From the human T2T-CHM13v2.0 reference genome, Homo sapiens, in the NCBI RefSeq assembly GCF_009914755.1, contig NC_060929.1: DNA of 64,000 bases; one strand, written 5' to 3'. The position numbers and the translations under genes were made by a program. How positions within the stretch are numbered: position 1 is the first letter of the stretch; every line of letters starts with the position of its first letter. The notes beneath the pieces are model-generated. The model did not search any database and was not told the DNA's origin. It worked only from the letters and a program-made list of their open reading frames with translations. Shown in pieces: positions 38,050-55,165 of this stretch.

Positions 38050-38993
38050 GTGATGGGACCTGCAGTGACACTGCCATGTGGATAATCAGGTGTCTTGTCT
38101 GTATTCTTTTATCACAAATTATTGTTCGTTACTTCAAGAAAGAAACAAGAAATAAAATAGGAAAAAAGCCAGAGACAAGTCTTTTTTTTTTGCCCTGCTC
38201 CTCAAAAACGAGAATGAGAATTTATTCTAACACATCATCTTTTCAGCAGACAGTAATAAATGAACCGTGATGGAAGGTTTGAGTAGTGAGAGGTCTAAAG
38301 GGCCAATATAAAATTGGAAAAGATAATTAAAATACTTAGAAAAACACTGCATAAAACCCAACGTGCAAGGCCAAATCCCACACCTCCGCAGGCAGATGCC
38401 AAAAGGTGCTGTCTGCAGGAGGGTTTTTGTTAACAGGTTAGAAAATAGGAGAGATGGAGCGAGAAACCGCTCTGCATTATAAATGGCAGGTTGTGACATC
38501 TTTAAAAGGGAGGCAGAGTGGAAAACAATCATGTATATAGCCTAGTCCGTTTGGAATTTCATTTTCAACTTAAGGAGACACATGTTAGCCATAGAGAAAT
38601 GATGCATGATTTATATCCATTTGTTAAAAATATTCTGATTTCATTCCACAGACAGTTGTAACAAATAATCTATGACAATGAAAAGGAAAACAGAATGAAG
38701 AGCTGCTAGTCTTCCAGCGGCAGCCTAGGAGGACGAATCTGAGGTGCACTGAAACCAGGTATTACTGCATCGCGGTTTAGAGTGTGGGATCCAGAGTTAG
38801 ACTGTGTATGGATATGGGCTGCACCAGGTACTGGGTAAGGTTAGGCTGGTCACTAACTTCTCTGAGTCTTAGAATGGAGACAACCATACTTCCTACCATC
38901 AGAGGGTTGATGAGAGTGATTGGAAAGTAAACTCCATGTGAAGTTCATAACAGTAAGTGCTCACTAAATGTCAGCTGCATTTGTGATGATTAG

Positions 38994-39340
<347 letters not shown>

Positions 39341-39589
39341 TGCATCTAACTGTTCTAATAAGGGCTCTGGTAAAGAACTTAAGATCACAGTGATGAAATC
39401 TCCTGGCCAGGCCCGATTGGGTGGGGCTGTTCGCAACGCTCGATGACTGGGCTATCTTAAATGCAGATACCTTGTAACAAAGCCCTTGCAAGAGACCATG
39501 GCATGCCACAATGCAGAGACAGGATGACTAATGCTCACGCAACCAGAAATGGCCATCACAAGCCACGAGGGCTGGATGATACCTTAACA

Positions 39590-40302
<713 letters not shown>

Positions 40303-40732
40303 ACAGTCACCTGGGCCAATGGCTGGCAGATTTGTTTTTAGCTATAGAATTTGTTTTTCAAAGAAATCTTACTTGTAAGCCCCAAAATGGAGGATCTGCT
40401 GGTTCCAGAGTGAAGCCCATGATTTGGGGGGTTTTTTGGGGGTGGAAGGTACACTTTCTGAACACACTGTCCCAAGTAAACTGCCCATCTGCCCTGAATG
40501 ACACATTCGCTCATCTTCTAAGGAAAGAAGAGTCCTCAAACCCCTTTCAGCCTAGAACTTGGAACAAGTTCATGACTTGGAACAAGAAGGAAATACCTGT
40601 TCTCACCCACTGGTCCAAATGGAATTACTTCTATTTCTATTTAAAAAAATCTTTTGAAACCGAAAATGAAATCTGTTACTCTTAATAAGGTATCTGATAT
40701 CTTAATAGGGAAAACATTTAAAAGTAACTTAC

Positions 40733-40836
40733 AATAACTTCCCTAAAGGATTCCTGGTCACTGATTGTCTTGTCTTCTACACATCCAGACTGATTCAAGT
40801 AGTGGTAGTTTTCTGGCGTAGATAAATAAAATTCTT
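40733..40836 (-). CDS. MYO10: MYO10 exon 9 (104 nt): EFYLSTPENYHYLNQSGC...FREVI
   Basis: tgtag|AAG and ATT|gtaagt. Confidence 0.96.
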
Positions 40837-41059
40837 CTACAGAAAGACAAAAACATGATGTCACAGTTCTCCAGGACAAGATGAAATTCAGAGTTTTCAC
40901 TCTGACTTTTTAAAGTATATATATATAATTCTGTGCTCTTAACAGTCTCCCATAAAGATAATAAAGTTCCCTCTTAGTTACCATCTAGGGAAAATAGAAA
41001 ACAATTACTGAAACTAAATGAGATTATTTAAAAAATGTTACTGAAAGAACAACTGATGA

Positions 41060-41308
<249 letters not shown>

Positions 41309-41712
41309 TGAACTCCTGATCTCCAGTGATCCGTCTGCTTGGCCTCCCAGAGTACTGGGATTACAGGTGTATGCCACTGCACCCAGCCAAAAATAAAATA
41401 TTTAGAAATTAACTTTATTCAGGGTGGCTGAAAAGTGAAACCAGCTGTAATATGTATTTTTAATAAACATCCTTTACATTAAAAATGTACCAAGACTCAA
41501 AAAAAAAATATCTAAGGTTTCTCTACTGATAATTTTCTCCCTATTATTTCTCCCTACTGTAAATTCAGCATCTTTTTGGTGTTCGCATAGTGTACATTTC
41601 ATTGCTATCGGTGAAATGTCAACATTAAAACAGATGTTCTCTCATTTACTGACATCTATTTAAATGGAAAATGAGTTGCTAGTCCACATTATCCAGCTGT
41701 CGTCCCACTCAC

Positions 41713-41797
41713 CTCTTTCTTCATGTTCCAGCCCTGCCAGCAGTGCATAAAATATGTGATAATTCCTTTCCCCGGGATTTTGCCTTACTACTCGGTT
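41713..41797 (-). CDS. MYO10: MYO10 exon 8 (85 nt): [28 protein letters not shown](E)
   Basis: cccag|AAC and AGAG|gtgagt; ERNYHIFY motif. Confidence 0.97.
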
Positions 41798-41916
41798 CTG
41801 GGAAGATAAATCAGATTTATATTCAGAGATGTGTCCTGTGCTTAATTCACACAAACCAATAATTTCTGAAAATTGTTATTATGGAAGAAAATGTGGATTA
41901 AATCACGTTTACTTAC

Positions 41917-41930
41917 TTTTTCTAATAAAT
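41917..41930 (-). CDS. MYO10: MYO10 exon 7, 14-nt microexon ATTTATTAGAAAAA completing YLLEK
   Basis: gaag|ATTTATTAGAAAAA|gtaagt; supplies exactly the residues and phase missing between exons 6 and 8. Absent from the ORF track. Confidence 0.94.
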
Positions 41931-42893
<963 letters not shown>

Positions 42894-43018
42894 AATCTAC
42901 AATTCTCCCGCCCTGAATATTTCCTTTCTGACAGATGTTCAGCTGAACAAACTTCCCAAAGCGACTAGAGTTGTTGTTGTACACGGTCTTCGCATTGCCG
43001 AAAGCTTCCATGATGGGG
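42894..43018 (-). CDS. MYO10: MYO10 exon 6 (125 nt): [23 protein letters not shown]...GRIVD(Y), switch I
   Basis: Acceptor cacag|CCC; donor GATT|gtatcctctt is U12-type. Confidence 0.96.
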
Positions 43019-43460
43019 CTGTGAAGACAGTGAGGGCAGCAGACAGCATTAATAAGGGTGGGTCTGAAGACAGCAATAGCACTTCTCACAAATGTCAAAA
43101 TATACAACTGCAAGAAAAATCTGAAACCAAAAGGACTGAGGGTGGCAATGTTTATTTCCGGAAGAGCCAGATTTTCAAAATGCTTGTTGAAATGGGCTTA
43201 TCTGCATATCCATCTTAGTGAGCGTAGCTGTGCTGCCAAGGGATGCCACACAGTTAAGGGGACCGCAATGGCTCGTTCCTGCACCAGTGAGTGTGGCCTT
43301 ACATGCACAATCCAGGGACTGCACAGAAAAAGCCCACCCCAATTCTAGAAACTGAAGAAGTTCCAGTCCTGGAAATTTCACCTATTTGTTGTATGTCCCG
43401 GGGGCAACTCATTTAATTTCTTTGGGTCTTTTCCAAGTGTAAGATGGAGTCTGACTAGAT

Positions 43461-43863
43461 CAGGGGCCGGCAAACTTTTTCTGGAAAGGACCAGACAGTA
43501 AGTATTTTAGGCTTTGCAGACCACGGGATCTCGGTTGCAACTACTCAGCTCTGCCACTATAGCCTAAAAGCAGCTGTAAACACTACTCATGAGTGTGGCT
43601 GGGTTCCAATAAAACTTTATTTATAAAAACAGATTACAGGAGGAAGATGAAGTTTTGGAGACAGATGGCAGCAATGGTTGCATAACAAACATGAATGTAC
43701 TTAATGCCAACGCCACTGCGCCGTACACTGAAAAACAGTTAACACACATTTAGTGCTAGGTATATTTTACCACGATTTTAAATGGTGTGTTTACATGCTA
43801 AAAAACAAAAAACAAAAACAGGCTGCAAGATATGGGCACGAGGCTGTGGTTTGCCGACCCCTG
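43461..43863. mobile_element. MER58A (hAT-Charlie MITE) with a nested L1M 3' fragment
   Basis: TIRs caggggccggcaaac / gtttgccgacccctg; the internal L1-like piece is flanked by aaaaacag on both sides. Confidence 0.75.
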
Positions 43864-44523
43864 GACAAATCTCTAAATAATAGGGTGTATAAAGTCCCTA
43901 CCGGTTCTAAAGTCTTATAAGGCACAAACCATCTATCAGGCAATGACATAGTTTATACAACAACTCGGGTGACACCTAGCCCTCTTTCTAAGTTTTGAGG
44001 CTCCCTGTTATATAGAATGCATCACTCATCTTCCACACACGAGAGGCCCGTTCTGCTCATGTTAAGCCTCCAAGCGGTGGATGCTGACCTGAACCCTGCT
44101 CGTCTCCACGCTAAGCCCCCTTTTACACAGTGGCTGGGGGCTGACATTTCTGCTGCTAACAAGGCCTCCAGAAAACTAGTCAAGTTTATTCTTCTCCATA
44201 AACTCCAATACAAGTGCCTTATCTGATGCAGGTGCTTCAAAAACACATGAAGCTGGAGTCAAAGGCTCTGCAGACAGCCATTGGGCGCCACTCAGTCCCC
44301 ATCTCAGACCTGGCCTGACGATGAAGGGGCAGGAGGCAGAAGGAGTTGTTGCTGGGTTCATGAGATATTACTATGTGCATGGCAAGACCTTTTCTTAAGG
44401 AATTGTGAAAGAGAAGTCAAGAAAAAGAGAAACGCGACCAACTAATTTTAACTCTTCTTTAAATAAGCCATACCATAAGGAAAGTGAATCCTATTAGTTG
44501 GAAACAAGAAAATCAATAAATAC

Positions 44524-44658
44524 CTGCTTTCAAGAATAGCTCGTTCAACACAGGATGTCTTCTCCTTTAAGGACAATTCCAAAGACTGTTGACTGATGAC
44601 TGACAGAAACTTGAGGATCAATTTAGTGCTTTCGGTTTTACCTGCCCCACTTTCACCA
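44524..44658 (-). CDS. MYO10: MYO10 exon 5 (135 nt): [12 protein letters not shown]...AILES(S), P-loop
   Basis: Acceptor tttcag|TGG, donor GCAG|gtattt; phase continuous with exon 4. Confidence 0.97.
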
Positions 44659-46896
44659 CTGAAAGACAAAACGGAAAAGTTTGTGCTTCTAACTATAATT
44701 TTTAAAAAAAAATCAGCTTTGGTCAATGGCACTATAATTACTCAACAGAACAATGGTAGAAAGGTGGGAAGAGGGAGATCAAAATGCCTGCTTCCAAAGA
44801 GCTGAGTTAAAAGAAAGCAAAAGTCCTTTCTCCTGCTGGCCACATTGTGTCTGGCCTTACTCGCCTCTTTTGGCAAATGAGGCAAATAGAACTACCTTTT
44901 CCTAAGGAAAGGTCATAAGATGTATGGTGCCTCACAGGGAAGGTAAGCTCTGGGAAAGAGGGATCTTCATTTTGTTCACTAGTTCATCCCAAACACCTCC
45001 ACTGTGTAAACGTTTGGTTAAATGCATGAGCTCACTAACATGATCTTTCTGAGAAACTTAAAGCAGGTACACATGAATAAAAATGCAATCATTCATGAAT
45101 AATACTGAGGGGACAAGGCAATGAACCTGCGGGTACACAACCCACACTAACTCATGTTATTCCCACAATAATCCCATGAGGGAAGCATGGCTGAGTGTCC
45201 GAGTTGGACTCTTAATGCCAGCTCGGCCTGATCCAAAGTCCTGCCAAGGTCACGTGTTAGTGATAGTTAAGGACAAGTGAACAAAAAATCCAGAGGGAAG
45301 GGAGGCAAAGGACAGAAGTAAATAAGGGATGAGTTATGCCTTAAAAGACCAGCAAACATGAGTCAGGCCAAGAAAGCACAGAAACCACAGAAGCTGGGAA
45401 AGATTCTTATGGGAGAATGAGATCCAGGTCTGGTTAGGTCAGCTGGGCTGAGACGAAAGGCGGCAGAGAAGATGAGCTAAGGTTCAGCTGGATGCTTCAG
45501 AGGCAAGTGCAGGAGCTGGAGGGTGGTGATGACCTCATCAAGGCCACCTGTAGGAAACGCAGCTCTGGAGGAAAAGCTCTAGAAGGACCGAAGGGTCCCT
45601 CGGGAGACCAGCTGCTGCCGTTGTTTAGGCCCGCGGTGGCCAGGTCCCAAACACAGTTAACAAGGCTGGAGACGGAGAGGAAGATACGGACATGAGAGAG
45701 ACTTGAACGGAGAAACCCCATCCATCTGGCATATGGCACCATGCTTGGTGTTGTGCAGAGAACAGAAGTAGCAAAGAGGCTGGAAACTTACAAGAAAGGT
45801 AAACTGAAGGGATAAGCAAGAGCACAGCCATACAAACGCCATCACGAGGCAGCACGCTGACAACCGCTGAATGGTGGGATGGGCAGATGAGCCCCTTTTG
45901 CGTTCTAAAGAGAAGTCCTGTGGAGTACCAAGAGCTGGGACGTTATCAAGAATGAGGAATTTTGCTAAAAATGTGAATCAATTGCATGTAATAAAAGAGA
46001 AGAAATGACTCAGAGATGACGCCAACATGCCGGGCTGGGTGCAGGGGTCCCAGGGATCTCCACTGGTCTAGACAACCACAGTCCTTTCACCTGCTCTGCT
46101 AGCGACAGGCCTGGGCAGGGGCCAGTGTCACGATTCCACAAAGACATAATGTCGTAATGTCAAGGGTACTGTGGGCTCCTAGGGGAGGTTTGCGCACACA
46201 CACGACACTGGGCGGAAATGTCCCTTTTGCGGCAGACAACAAAGATCTGACGATCTAAACCTGTCTTGAAATCATAAAGCAAAAGCCAAGAAAATCAGAG
46301 GCAAGCCCAGCCGGGGCGGGGGCTGAATCCACATCCCTGAAACTGCCCTGCCTCATGTAGTCTGAAATAGTAAAAGGCAGCATAAATTAGGCCACCTTTA
46401 GTTGGGGTTTCCCTTACCAGCCACCAGAATCTTCCCAGTACAGAGCTTAGCATACATTGAATAACTGGCATCTGCTCAGCCCAGTGCCTGGCACGGGGGA
46501 GGCATTCAACAACAGTGCACAGAATGACTCACAGAAACCAAGAGAGACAGTTTCAAGGAACGATTTAAATCATCTTCCATATTTAAAACATATCTATATT
46601 GACGCGACAGCTGTTGGTGGCTGAGTTATTAAAACAAAAACTAGAAGGTTAAGTTGTCTAGTGAAAATGGTGAGGCAGAAATAATGTTATGTGTTCCTCT
46701 ACCTACCTCTTTATCCTCGGGCACACAGAAGCCGAAAACATTTAGACTCCCTTGCAGTAAAAACAGCAGGCAGAGGCCGGGCACTGTGGCTTGCGCCTGT
46801 AATCCCAGCACCATGGGAGGCTGAGGCGGGTGGATTACTTGAGGTCAGAAGTTTGAGACCAGCCTGGCTAACATGGTGAAACCCTGTCTCTACTCA

Positions 46897-47178
<282 letters not shown>

Positions 47179-47591
47179 CTAAAAACCCCCTTCACAGTCC
47201 TCTGGGCTCCACCTTCCGCTTGCCACCTAAGTGTCCTCAGAGATGGTACATCTCCCAAGCAAAGAAGCCTACAGAGTAGACTCGAGTCCCTCCCCTACCC
47301 ACCAGGGGCCGTGAGAGGAGCAAGAAATAGACCATCCCTGTGTTACACCCCTAAGATTTGATGGCTGTCTGTCATAGCAGCCAGCCTACCTTGGCTCACC
47401 CAATATGGCAAAAATACAATTATGGAGAAGATACGATACTCTTCAAACTCTACAGCAGAGGCTTGGTCAAAGAAAGAAAACCCAGGATTCTCGTCGTCAT
47501 AAAGATGCTTCAAGAGTGTATGACACATTGAGAAAAAATACGGCTGGAAATGGACCAAGTCATGGATATCAATCTCTGTCAATCTCTTATA

Positions 47592-47920
47592 CAGGTGGAA
47601 GATCTCCTATCTGAAATGCTGGGGACGAGAAGTGTTTCTGATTTCAGATTCTGGATTTTGAGAATATCTGCATTATACCAACTGAGTAACCCTAAATCTG
47701 AAAATATGAAATCTGAAATGGTCAAGAATCTGAAACTTTTTTTTAGTGCCAACATGACATTCAATAGAAATGTTCTTTGGGGTTCTTTGGGGCAAATTTT
47801 CACATGAGGGATGCTCGACCAGTATAATGCAAAGATTCCAAAATCCAAAAACATTGGAAAAAACCTGAAAGCTGAAATATGCCTAGCCCAAAGCATTTTG
47901 GATAAGGGATACTCAAGCTG
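47592..47920. mobile_element. Tigger4/MER46-family MITE
   Basis: Imperfect palindrome caggtggaagatctcctatctgaaatgct ... agcattttggataagggatactcaagctg. Confidence 0.75.
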
Positions 47921-48248
47921 TGCAAGTAAAACTTGGAAAAACCCTCAGATTTGCACAGAGCTCTACGGTGGTGGCTCTCAACCCTGGCTGCATATTAGAA
48001 TCACCTAATAGGTCCCTCGTCCAAACCTGTGGGTGTAGAACTCTGTCATTTTTATTTAAAAAAAAAAATTTTGGCCGGGGGCAGTAGCTCACATCTGTAA
48101 TCCTACCACTTTGGGAGGCCAAGACAGGGAGATCACTTAAGGTCAGGAGTTCGAGGCCAGCCTGGCGAACATGGTGAAACCCCGTCTCTACTAAAAATAC
48201 AAAAATTAGCCAGGCATAGTAGCGGGTGCCTGTAGTTCCAGCTACTCA

Positions 48249-48380
<132 letters not shown>

Positions 48381-48889
48381 CTACTATGAAGCCAGGTTGA
48401 AGAACTGCTACTCTGGAAAGCAGCCTCACATAATTCAGATAGGACTCTACCAGGAGGTAAGTGGTGTCTACTCATATATTGGGCTGTGGAAGTGTTTTAC
48501 AAACAACAGGGCAAAGAAGAAATATAATTAAATAACTCACAAACTGCTAAAACCCAGAAATATGCCAGATGTCCCGAGATACTAATGTCAAGGTCACAGA
48601 CTCTGCAGGTAGTACATTTCTGTCTAACCCGTCTCCTCCTCCTCCAGCCTGCAGTTCCACTTGGTCCTCATTAGCCCAAGGCAATTACAGTTCTATGCCT
48701 TGTGCCAGCAGGCCAGCCAATACAAACACAGGCTTTGGCAAAAATGTGTGCATTCAGATTAACCAAAAGGAGCTTATATTGTTTTGTTTTGCTTTAAAAA
48801 AAAAAAAAAAAAAAAACTTTCTAACTATAATAATGAAAATGTGAAAACAAACCCAAAGCACTGATGGGGGGCCACAGGCTGTATTAAAA

Positions 48890-50250
48890 ATTGTGAGAAT
48901 TTTTTGTAAGCACAATGGAAAGTCACAAGACAGTTCCTAAGCAGGAGAGTGTCATGATCAGATTTAAGCTTCTAAAGGATCGTTCTTTTGTGTGTGTGTG
49001 TGTGAGTTTCGCTCTGTCTCCCAGGCTGGAGTGCAGTGGCGCAATCTTGGCTCACTGCAACCACCACCTCCCCAGGTTCAAGCGATTCTCCTGCCTCCTG
49101 AGTAGCTGGGATTACAGGCGCCTGCCACCACGCCCAGCTAATTTTTGTAATTTTTAGTAGAGACGGAGTTTCACCATGTTGGCCAGGCTGGTCTCGAACT
49201 TCTGACCTCAGGTGATCTACCCGCCTCGGCCTCCCAAAGTGCTGGCATTACAGGCATGAGCCACCAGGCCCCAAAGAATCATTCTGACTGTTGCGTGGAG
49301 AATGGACAGAAAGGAGGCAAGAGAAGAATCAGGGAGACCAAAAAGGTGATGCGGGAAGGGCCGCGGGGGCAGCAGAGATGAAGTGAGAGGCCCAAGAAAG
49401 ACTGGAGGGAAAGGGACAGGATTGCTGAGGGGCCTGGCCAGGGGGTGGGCAGCAAGTGACAGGGAGGCATCAGGGATGACTCCTGGGGCCCCTGAGTGTT
49501 TGCTGGCGTGATGATTCAGGAATTGGTACCACCAGGTTTGTGCATTTGTCAAAACTCATCAAACTGGATGCTTATGACTGGCATACTTTACCGTGTGTAA
49601 GTTTACCTTAATTTGGTGGCGGCGGGGAAGAATCACTTCCAGATCTCAGGCTTGGGACAGGGTAGGATGGAGAGGCTACTGGCTGAGAATAGGAGGCACA
49701 AGAGGAGGGACAAGTTTCTGGGAGAAGATGATACTGACTTTAGAACATGCCACCCCTGAGACATCTCAGTGATGACACCTAAGGGGCACTGGGACTTAAG
49801 TCTGGGACTCAAATGAGAAGTTGAGGGTGTATAAACTTGGAGAGTCCTGCAGACTCAGAGAAGAAAACGCAGGTGGGTGAGAAGACAGCAGATGAAAAAT
49901 GACTGAGAAGCTGAGGAGTGGCCGTGGAGAGCCAGGAAGAAATATAGGATGGGGCGCCATGGTGGGGGGCGTGGGGGCAGCTTGCTGAGACGAAGGAGTA
50001 GTTGAATGAGGCTGTGGAACCAAACGAGCATCTTTTGTATTTTTTTCCAAGATGGAACATACTAAAAGATTTTGAATAACGTCAACAATCCAGTTGAGAG
50101 AGAGGTCAAAGAATCCAGGGCAAGGAGGCTCAGAGATGCAGCAATGTCCTCGGGTGAGCAGAGAGGAGGGATCCATGACACACCTGAAGGAAAAGGAATC
50201 TGATACGAGCAGGGCCTTTGGTGCACAGGACACGCTAGCCTCCCAGCAGC
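48890..50250. mobile_element. L2 fragments
   Basis: Purine-rich degenerate sequence with L2-like motifs (gtcatgatcagatttaagctt..aaaggat, cattctgactgttgcgtggagaatgga). Confidence 0.55.
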
Positions 50251-51573
50251 ACACATCAAGGCTGGCAGTTTTCTAGATCCAGCCCATGTGTCAGCAAACA
50301 ATGGTCCTCAACTCTGACCTGCTGCCTGTTTTTATAAATAAAGTTTTATTGGAACACAGTGCAGGCTGTGCGTTGCATACTGAGTGCTTTCACACTACAA
50401 GGGCAGAGTTGATTAGTTGCAACAGAGGTGCTTTCGCCCACAAAGCCTAAAATATACACTCTTTGGCTCTTTACACAAAACTTTTTGCTGCCATCTATAA
50501 CACTACTTAGAAATCAATTCCCTTGATCCACATGATTTTCTCAAAATATAAATCGGATCATTCCTTCAATTGTTAGATGAACTTGGGAAACTTCTCTACT
50601 GCCTAAAAGATTAACTCCAAAGGTCTTAGCAAGCCAAACAAAGCCCTTTTGTTTGGAAGCTGTACCAGAAAGTAGGATTCTGTTCTGGAAATACAGACTT
50701 CACTCATGCCTGTAATCTTAGCACTTTGGGAGGCTGAGGCAGGCAGATCATTTGAGGTCAGGAGTTGGAGACCAGCCTGACCAACATGGTGAAACCTCAT
50801 ATCGTAAAAATACGATAAAAAAAAGTTAGCCAGCCATGATGGTGCACGCCTGTAACCCCAGCTACCTGGGAGGCTGAAGCAGGAGAATTGCTTGAACTTG
50901 GGAGGAGGAGCCGAGATTGTGCCACCGCACTCCAGCATGGGCAACAGAGCAAGACTCTATCTCAAAAAACAAACAAAAAACAGAAATACAGACTTCACAG
51001 GCAGAGAGACTGAAGTTCAAATCCTATGTTTGTTGCCAATAGCTAAAGTTTCTTCAGCAAGCCAACCAAACAGTTCTGGGCCTCGGCTTCCCTACAGAAA
51101 ATGCCTCTTGGGCCCCTCTGAGGAATACACAAGAATAAGTCTTCTCGATGAATTTCAGTTCCTTTTTCTTTGTGTTTCCCACTCCACCTCTTTCATCTGC
51201 TATATTACAAGAGCACGCCCCCATGCCTTATTCTGCTTGGTGCCTTTCTAATCGAGGATGCAAGTTTTGTTCCGCATTCCAACACTATCACCTCTAAATG
51301 TATTTCTAGAAATAGAAAAAGACCAAACACTCAATTACCAGTCCAGGACATGGTTAAGTAGAAATCACTCAAGTTTTGAAAAACCAAAACACACAAAGCA
51401 AGCAAAGATCCTGAACCAACAGTCATTCTGTATATTCATCCTTTGATTGGCAGCTGTTGAATGCTGGTCCTCTCCCAGACACTGTGCTGGGTACCAGGCT
51501 GCAAAGATGAATTAGCCACAGGCCTTGTCTGTATTATACACCTTAAGAAGTCATATGTACTGCAAAGACCACA

Positions 51574-51947
51574 TGATATGGTTTGGCTGTGTCCCCACCC
51601 AGATCTCATCTTGAATTGTACTCCCATGGTTCCCGCCATGTTGTGGGAGGGACCTGGTGGGAGACGACTGAATCATGAGGGTGGTTTCCCCATGCTGTTC
51701 TCGCAGTAGTGAGTGGGTTTCATGAGATCTAATGGTTTTATCAGGGGTTTCTGCCTTTGCATCTTCTTCACTGTCTCTTTGCCTGCTTCCATCCATGTAA
51801 GACGTGACTTGCTTCTCCTTGCCTTCCACCATGATTGTGAGGCTTCCCCAGCCACGTGGACCTGTAACTCCAATTAAACCTCTTTCTTTTGTAAATTGCC
51901 CAGTCTCGAGCATATCTTTATCAACAGTGTGAAAACGGACTAATACA
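51574..51947 (+). mobile_element. THE1-family solo LTR (ERVL-MaLR)
   Basis: TGATATGGTTTGGCTGTGTCCCCACCC...GACTAATACA; TSD ccaca/ccata. Confidence 0.9.
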
Positions 51948-52073
51948 CCATAATAAACTAAACCCTGTCTGGCCTATACGGTGTATGAAAAACTAGAGTC
52001 AATGTCAAATGTACTAGAGATCAACCAAAGTCAAACACTGACCTTATGAGATGGAAAATTCAAGTTTTAAATT

Positions 52074-52107
<34 letters not shown>

Positions 52108-52108
52108 T
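52074..52108. repeat. (TA)n(CA)n microsatellite
   Basis: Direct reading. Confidence 0.95.
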
Positions 52109-52391
52109 ATATTCAAAACTGTAATAGCATGAGCATTCATTTAAATGTACACAAAAATGGCAAAATTAAAACTAGACCTTAAGAGAGGCAACAACCTTGA
52201 AAATGAAATCAAAGGAAGAGGCTTGGACTAGAAGCCCAGGGACCTGGCATTGCCACCAAGTAGCAGAGGAGCCTATCCAATCGATGTTCACTTATAAAGC
52301 GAGAGAAAAATTGATCTATGAAGTCCTATATAATTCAAACAGGCTTATTTTCTCAAGCATGAGAATGTTTTTAAAGTAGTAAAACACATTT

Positions 52392-52410
52392 TAGCCAGCA
52401 GGGGGCAGAT
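52392..52410 (+). promoter_or_regulatory. Candidate CTCF site
   Basis: TAGCCAGCAGGGGGCAGAT, near-consensus core in unique sequence. Confidence 0.6.
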
Positions 52411-52715
52411 CATGCCCAAGGAAATCTAAACAGGGCTCCTACGTCCAGCAACTCCTATTTCTATATTCCATTTTCTCTTAATTCCCACAGCTTCAACCCC
52501 CACTTTAAAAAACTGCTGAAGAGAGCTATTAAAACTAAAACACATTTTAATGAGAAATCTATTCTTAAAGTCTCTGTTTCCTGAATTAATTTAGATAAAT
52601 ACAGTTACTCTGTTCACATCAGCATTGCATAATTGGAGCTTTCTGTTTGGGATCCACCCCCCTCTCCCCCTTATTTTTAAATACCATGAAAATGCCAACC
52701 TCCTTCCGTTTTAAT

Positions 52716-52760
52716 ACATACATACACACACACACACACATACACACACACACACACATA
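52716..52760. repeat. (CA)n microsatellite
   Basis: Direct reading. Confidence 0.95.
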
Positions 52761-53286
52761 TGCACAATGATCTCATTTGATGTTTCGCTTTCTTCTTTAG
52801 CGGCTCTGTCTAGCAAATGATATATTAGTCATGCTCTCATTTTTTCCACTGAATGTAATAAATACAAGCAATTATCAATGGCAATTATTTAAGGATCTAA
52901 GTGTGGACACCAACTTGATCTGTTAAAATAGATTGTTTTCTTCCCTTCTGTTAATCTTCTTAAATTATATTCTGTATGCTGAAATAATGATCTTTAAATT
53001 CTAACTCCAGAACTTTTATGAAGTCATTTAGAAGAGCCCACAAATAGTGGTTCTAGTCACAGATTAAATTGTTTTATTGGGTATGTGAATCTTAAAAGCT
53101 GTTTCTATATTAAGCAGCCGCTTCATTTCGATTAACTGCAAGCCGTTATGATCCCTATCTGTTTAACTGAATACACTGACAGTCCCTCTATCCAAGTTGT
53201 TTCTATGGCCCAACACATTATTAGTCCTGTTAGACTTTAGGTAACGAGAAGACAGTACCTCTGCCCATATGCTCCCCTCCTGTTAG

Positions 53287-53292
53287 ACACAC

Positions 53293-53363
<71 letters not shown>

Positions 53364-53388
53364 CAGAGACAGACAGAGACAGAGACAG
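53287..53388. repeat. Compound (CA)n(GA)n(GACAGA)n microsatellite
   Basis: Direct reading. Confidence 0.95.
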
Positions 53389-54516
53389 AATTCAGCTGTT
53401 CATATACATGTAATCCCCATTTGTTTAAAAAAAAAAGGAACTACAAAAAAGATAACGGGTAAAAACTGCCAGTGAGAAGAACACAACCCCTGCAAATGGC
53501 TTTCCGTGTGTGGCACCTGCAGATATCATCATAGAGCACCCAAATCAAAGGGCTGTCAGGGGTTTCAATGTGCCGATGCCTGGCAAGCTCTTGGCACAGA
53601 GTCCAACACGCAGAATCCTTCAGAAACCATGAGCCATTATTTCTTATCCATCCTCAATCAGCTCTCACATGGGATAATGCTAACATTCTCCATCCATTTC
53701 CCTGCCCCAGGGTTTCAGAGGGGCCTCCTCTGGCACCTCTGTCCTCCCCCAACCCCAGTCCCTCCCCACAGGAGCGGGGGGCGGGGGGCTGCTCTAAGTG
53801 CTCTGGGGTGAAAGGAGAAAGGCAGCACCTGCCTGCTTTTCTCCACCATCTGGGAATCAGTTTCCCACAGTCATCATGGCCACCAGTTACCTGGCTATAC
53901 CCATGACCAGGTGGGTCTGTCTGTGTGATTCGGGGCTGCAGTGCTCACAGGCCCACTTGGCTGGGAGTCTTAGGCTGACATATGGCTCTCCATATGTCTC
54001 CTGTGGTCTTACTTCCACTGAATCGGAAATCCGGAGAGAGGGGTCTTTTTAGTGTCCCCCCCTCCCCCGACATCACCCGCCAAATCCAAACCACCCTTTC
54101 CTCTCCCTTTCCCATTCCTCCTGAAATAACATAATAACTATTCTGAGGAAATAATATAATTATTCTGAGGACGAGAGCCAAGTTGCCACAAGTTGGGACT
54201 AGAAAGCCATCTGAAGCAGATGTCGGAATCTTCATTCACACTGGCAGCTTTACAAGACTGTGGCTCCTCAGTAACAACTATACCCCGTGAGTGAACTCCT
54301 GCGAGGAGAAATGAATGAAGAAATGCTTGGCGCCTCCACGGAAACCTCACTAGAAGAGACTGACATGCATCCCGTCTGCTCTGAGTATCACCCAGGGGTG
54401 TGAGGATCATCACTAGAGCACAGGTCCAATAGAAATAATTAACAAACTCCAACAGGATGTCAATAGCATACATGTGATGAGGTCAATTTGAATGTTAATA
54501 ATAAAAATTAAGAAAT

Positions 54517-55165
<649 letters not shown>

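Noticed and set aside
48795-48816. Orphan poly(A) run
   Set aside because: No poly(A) signal spacing or TSD recognised; probably a simple repeat.
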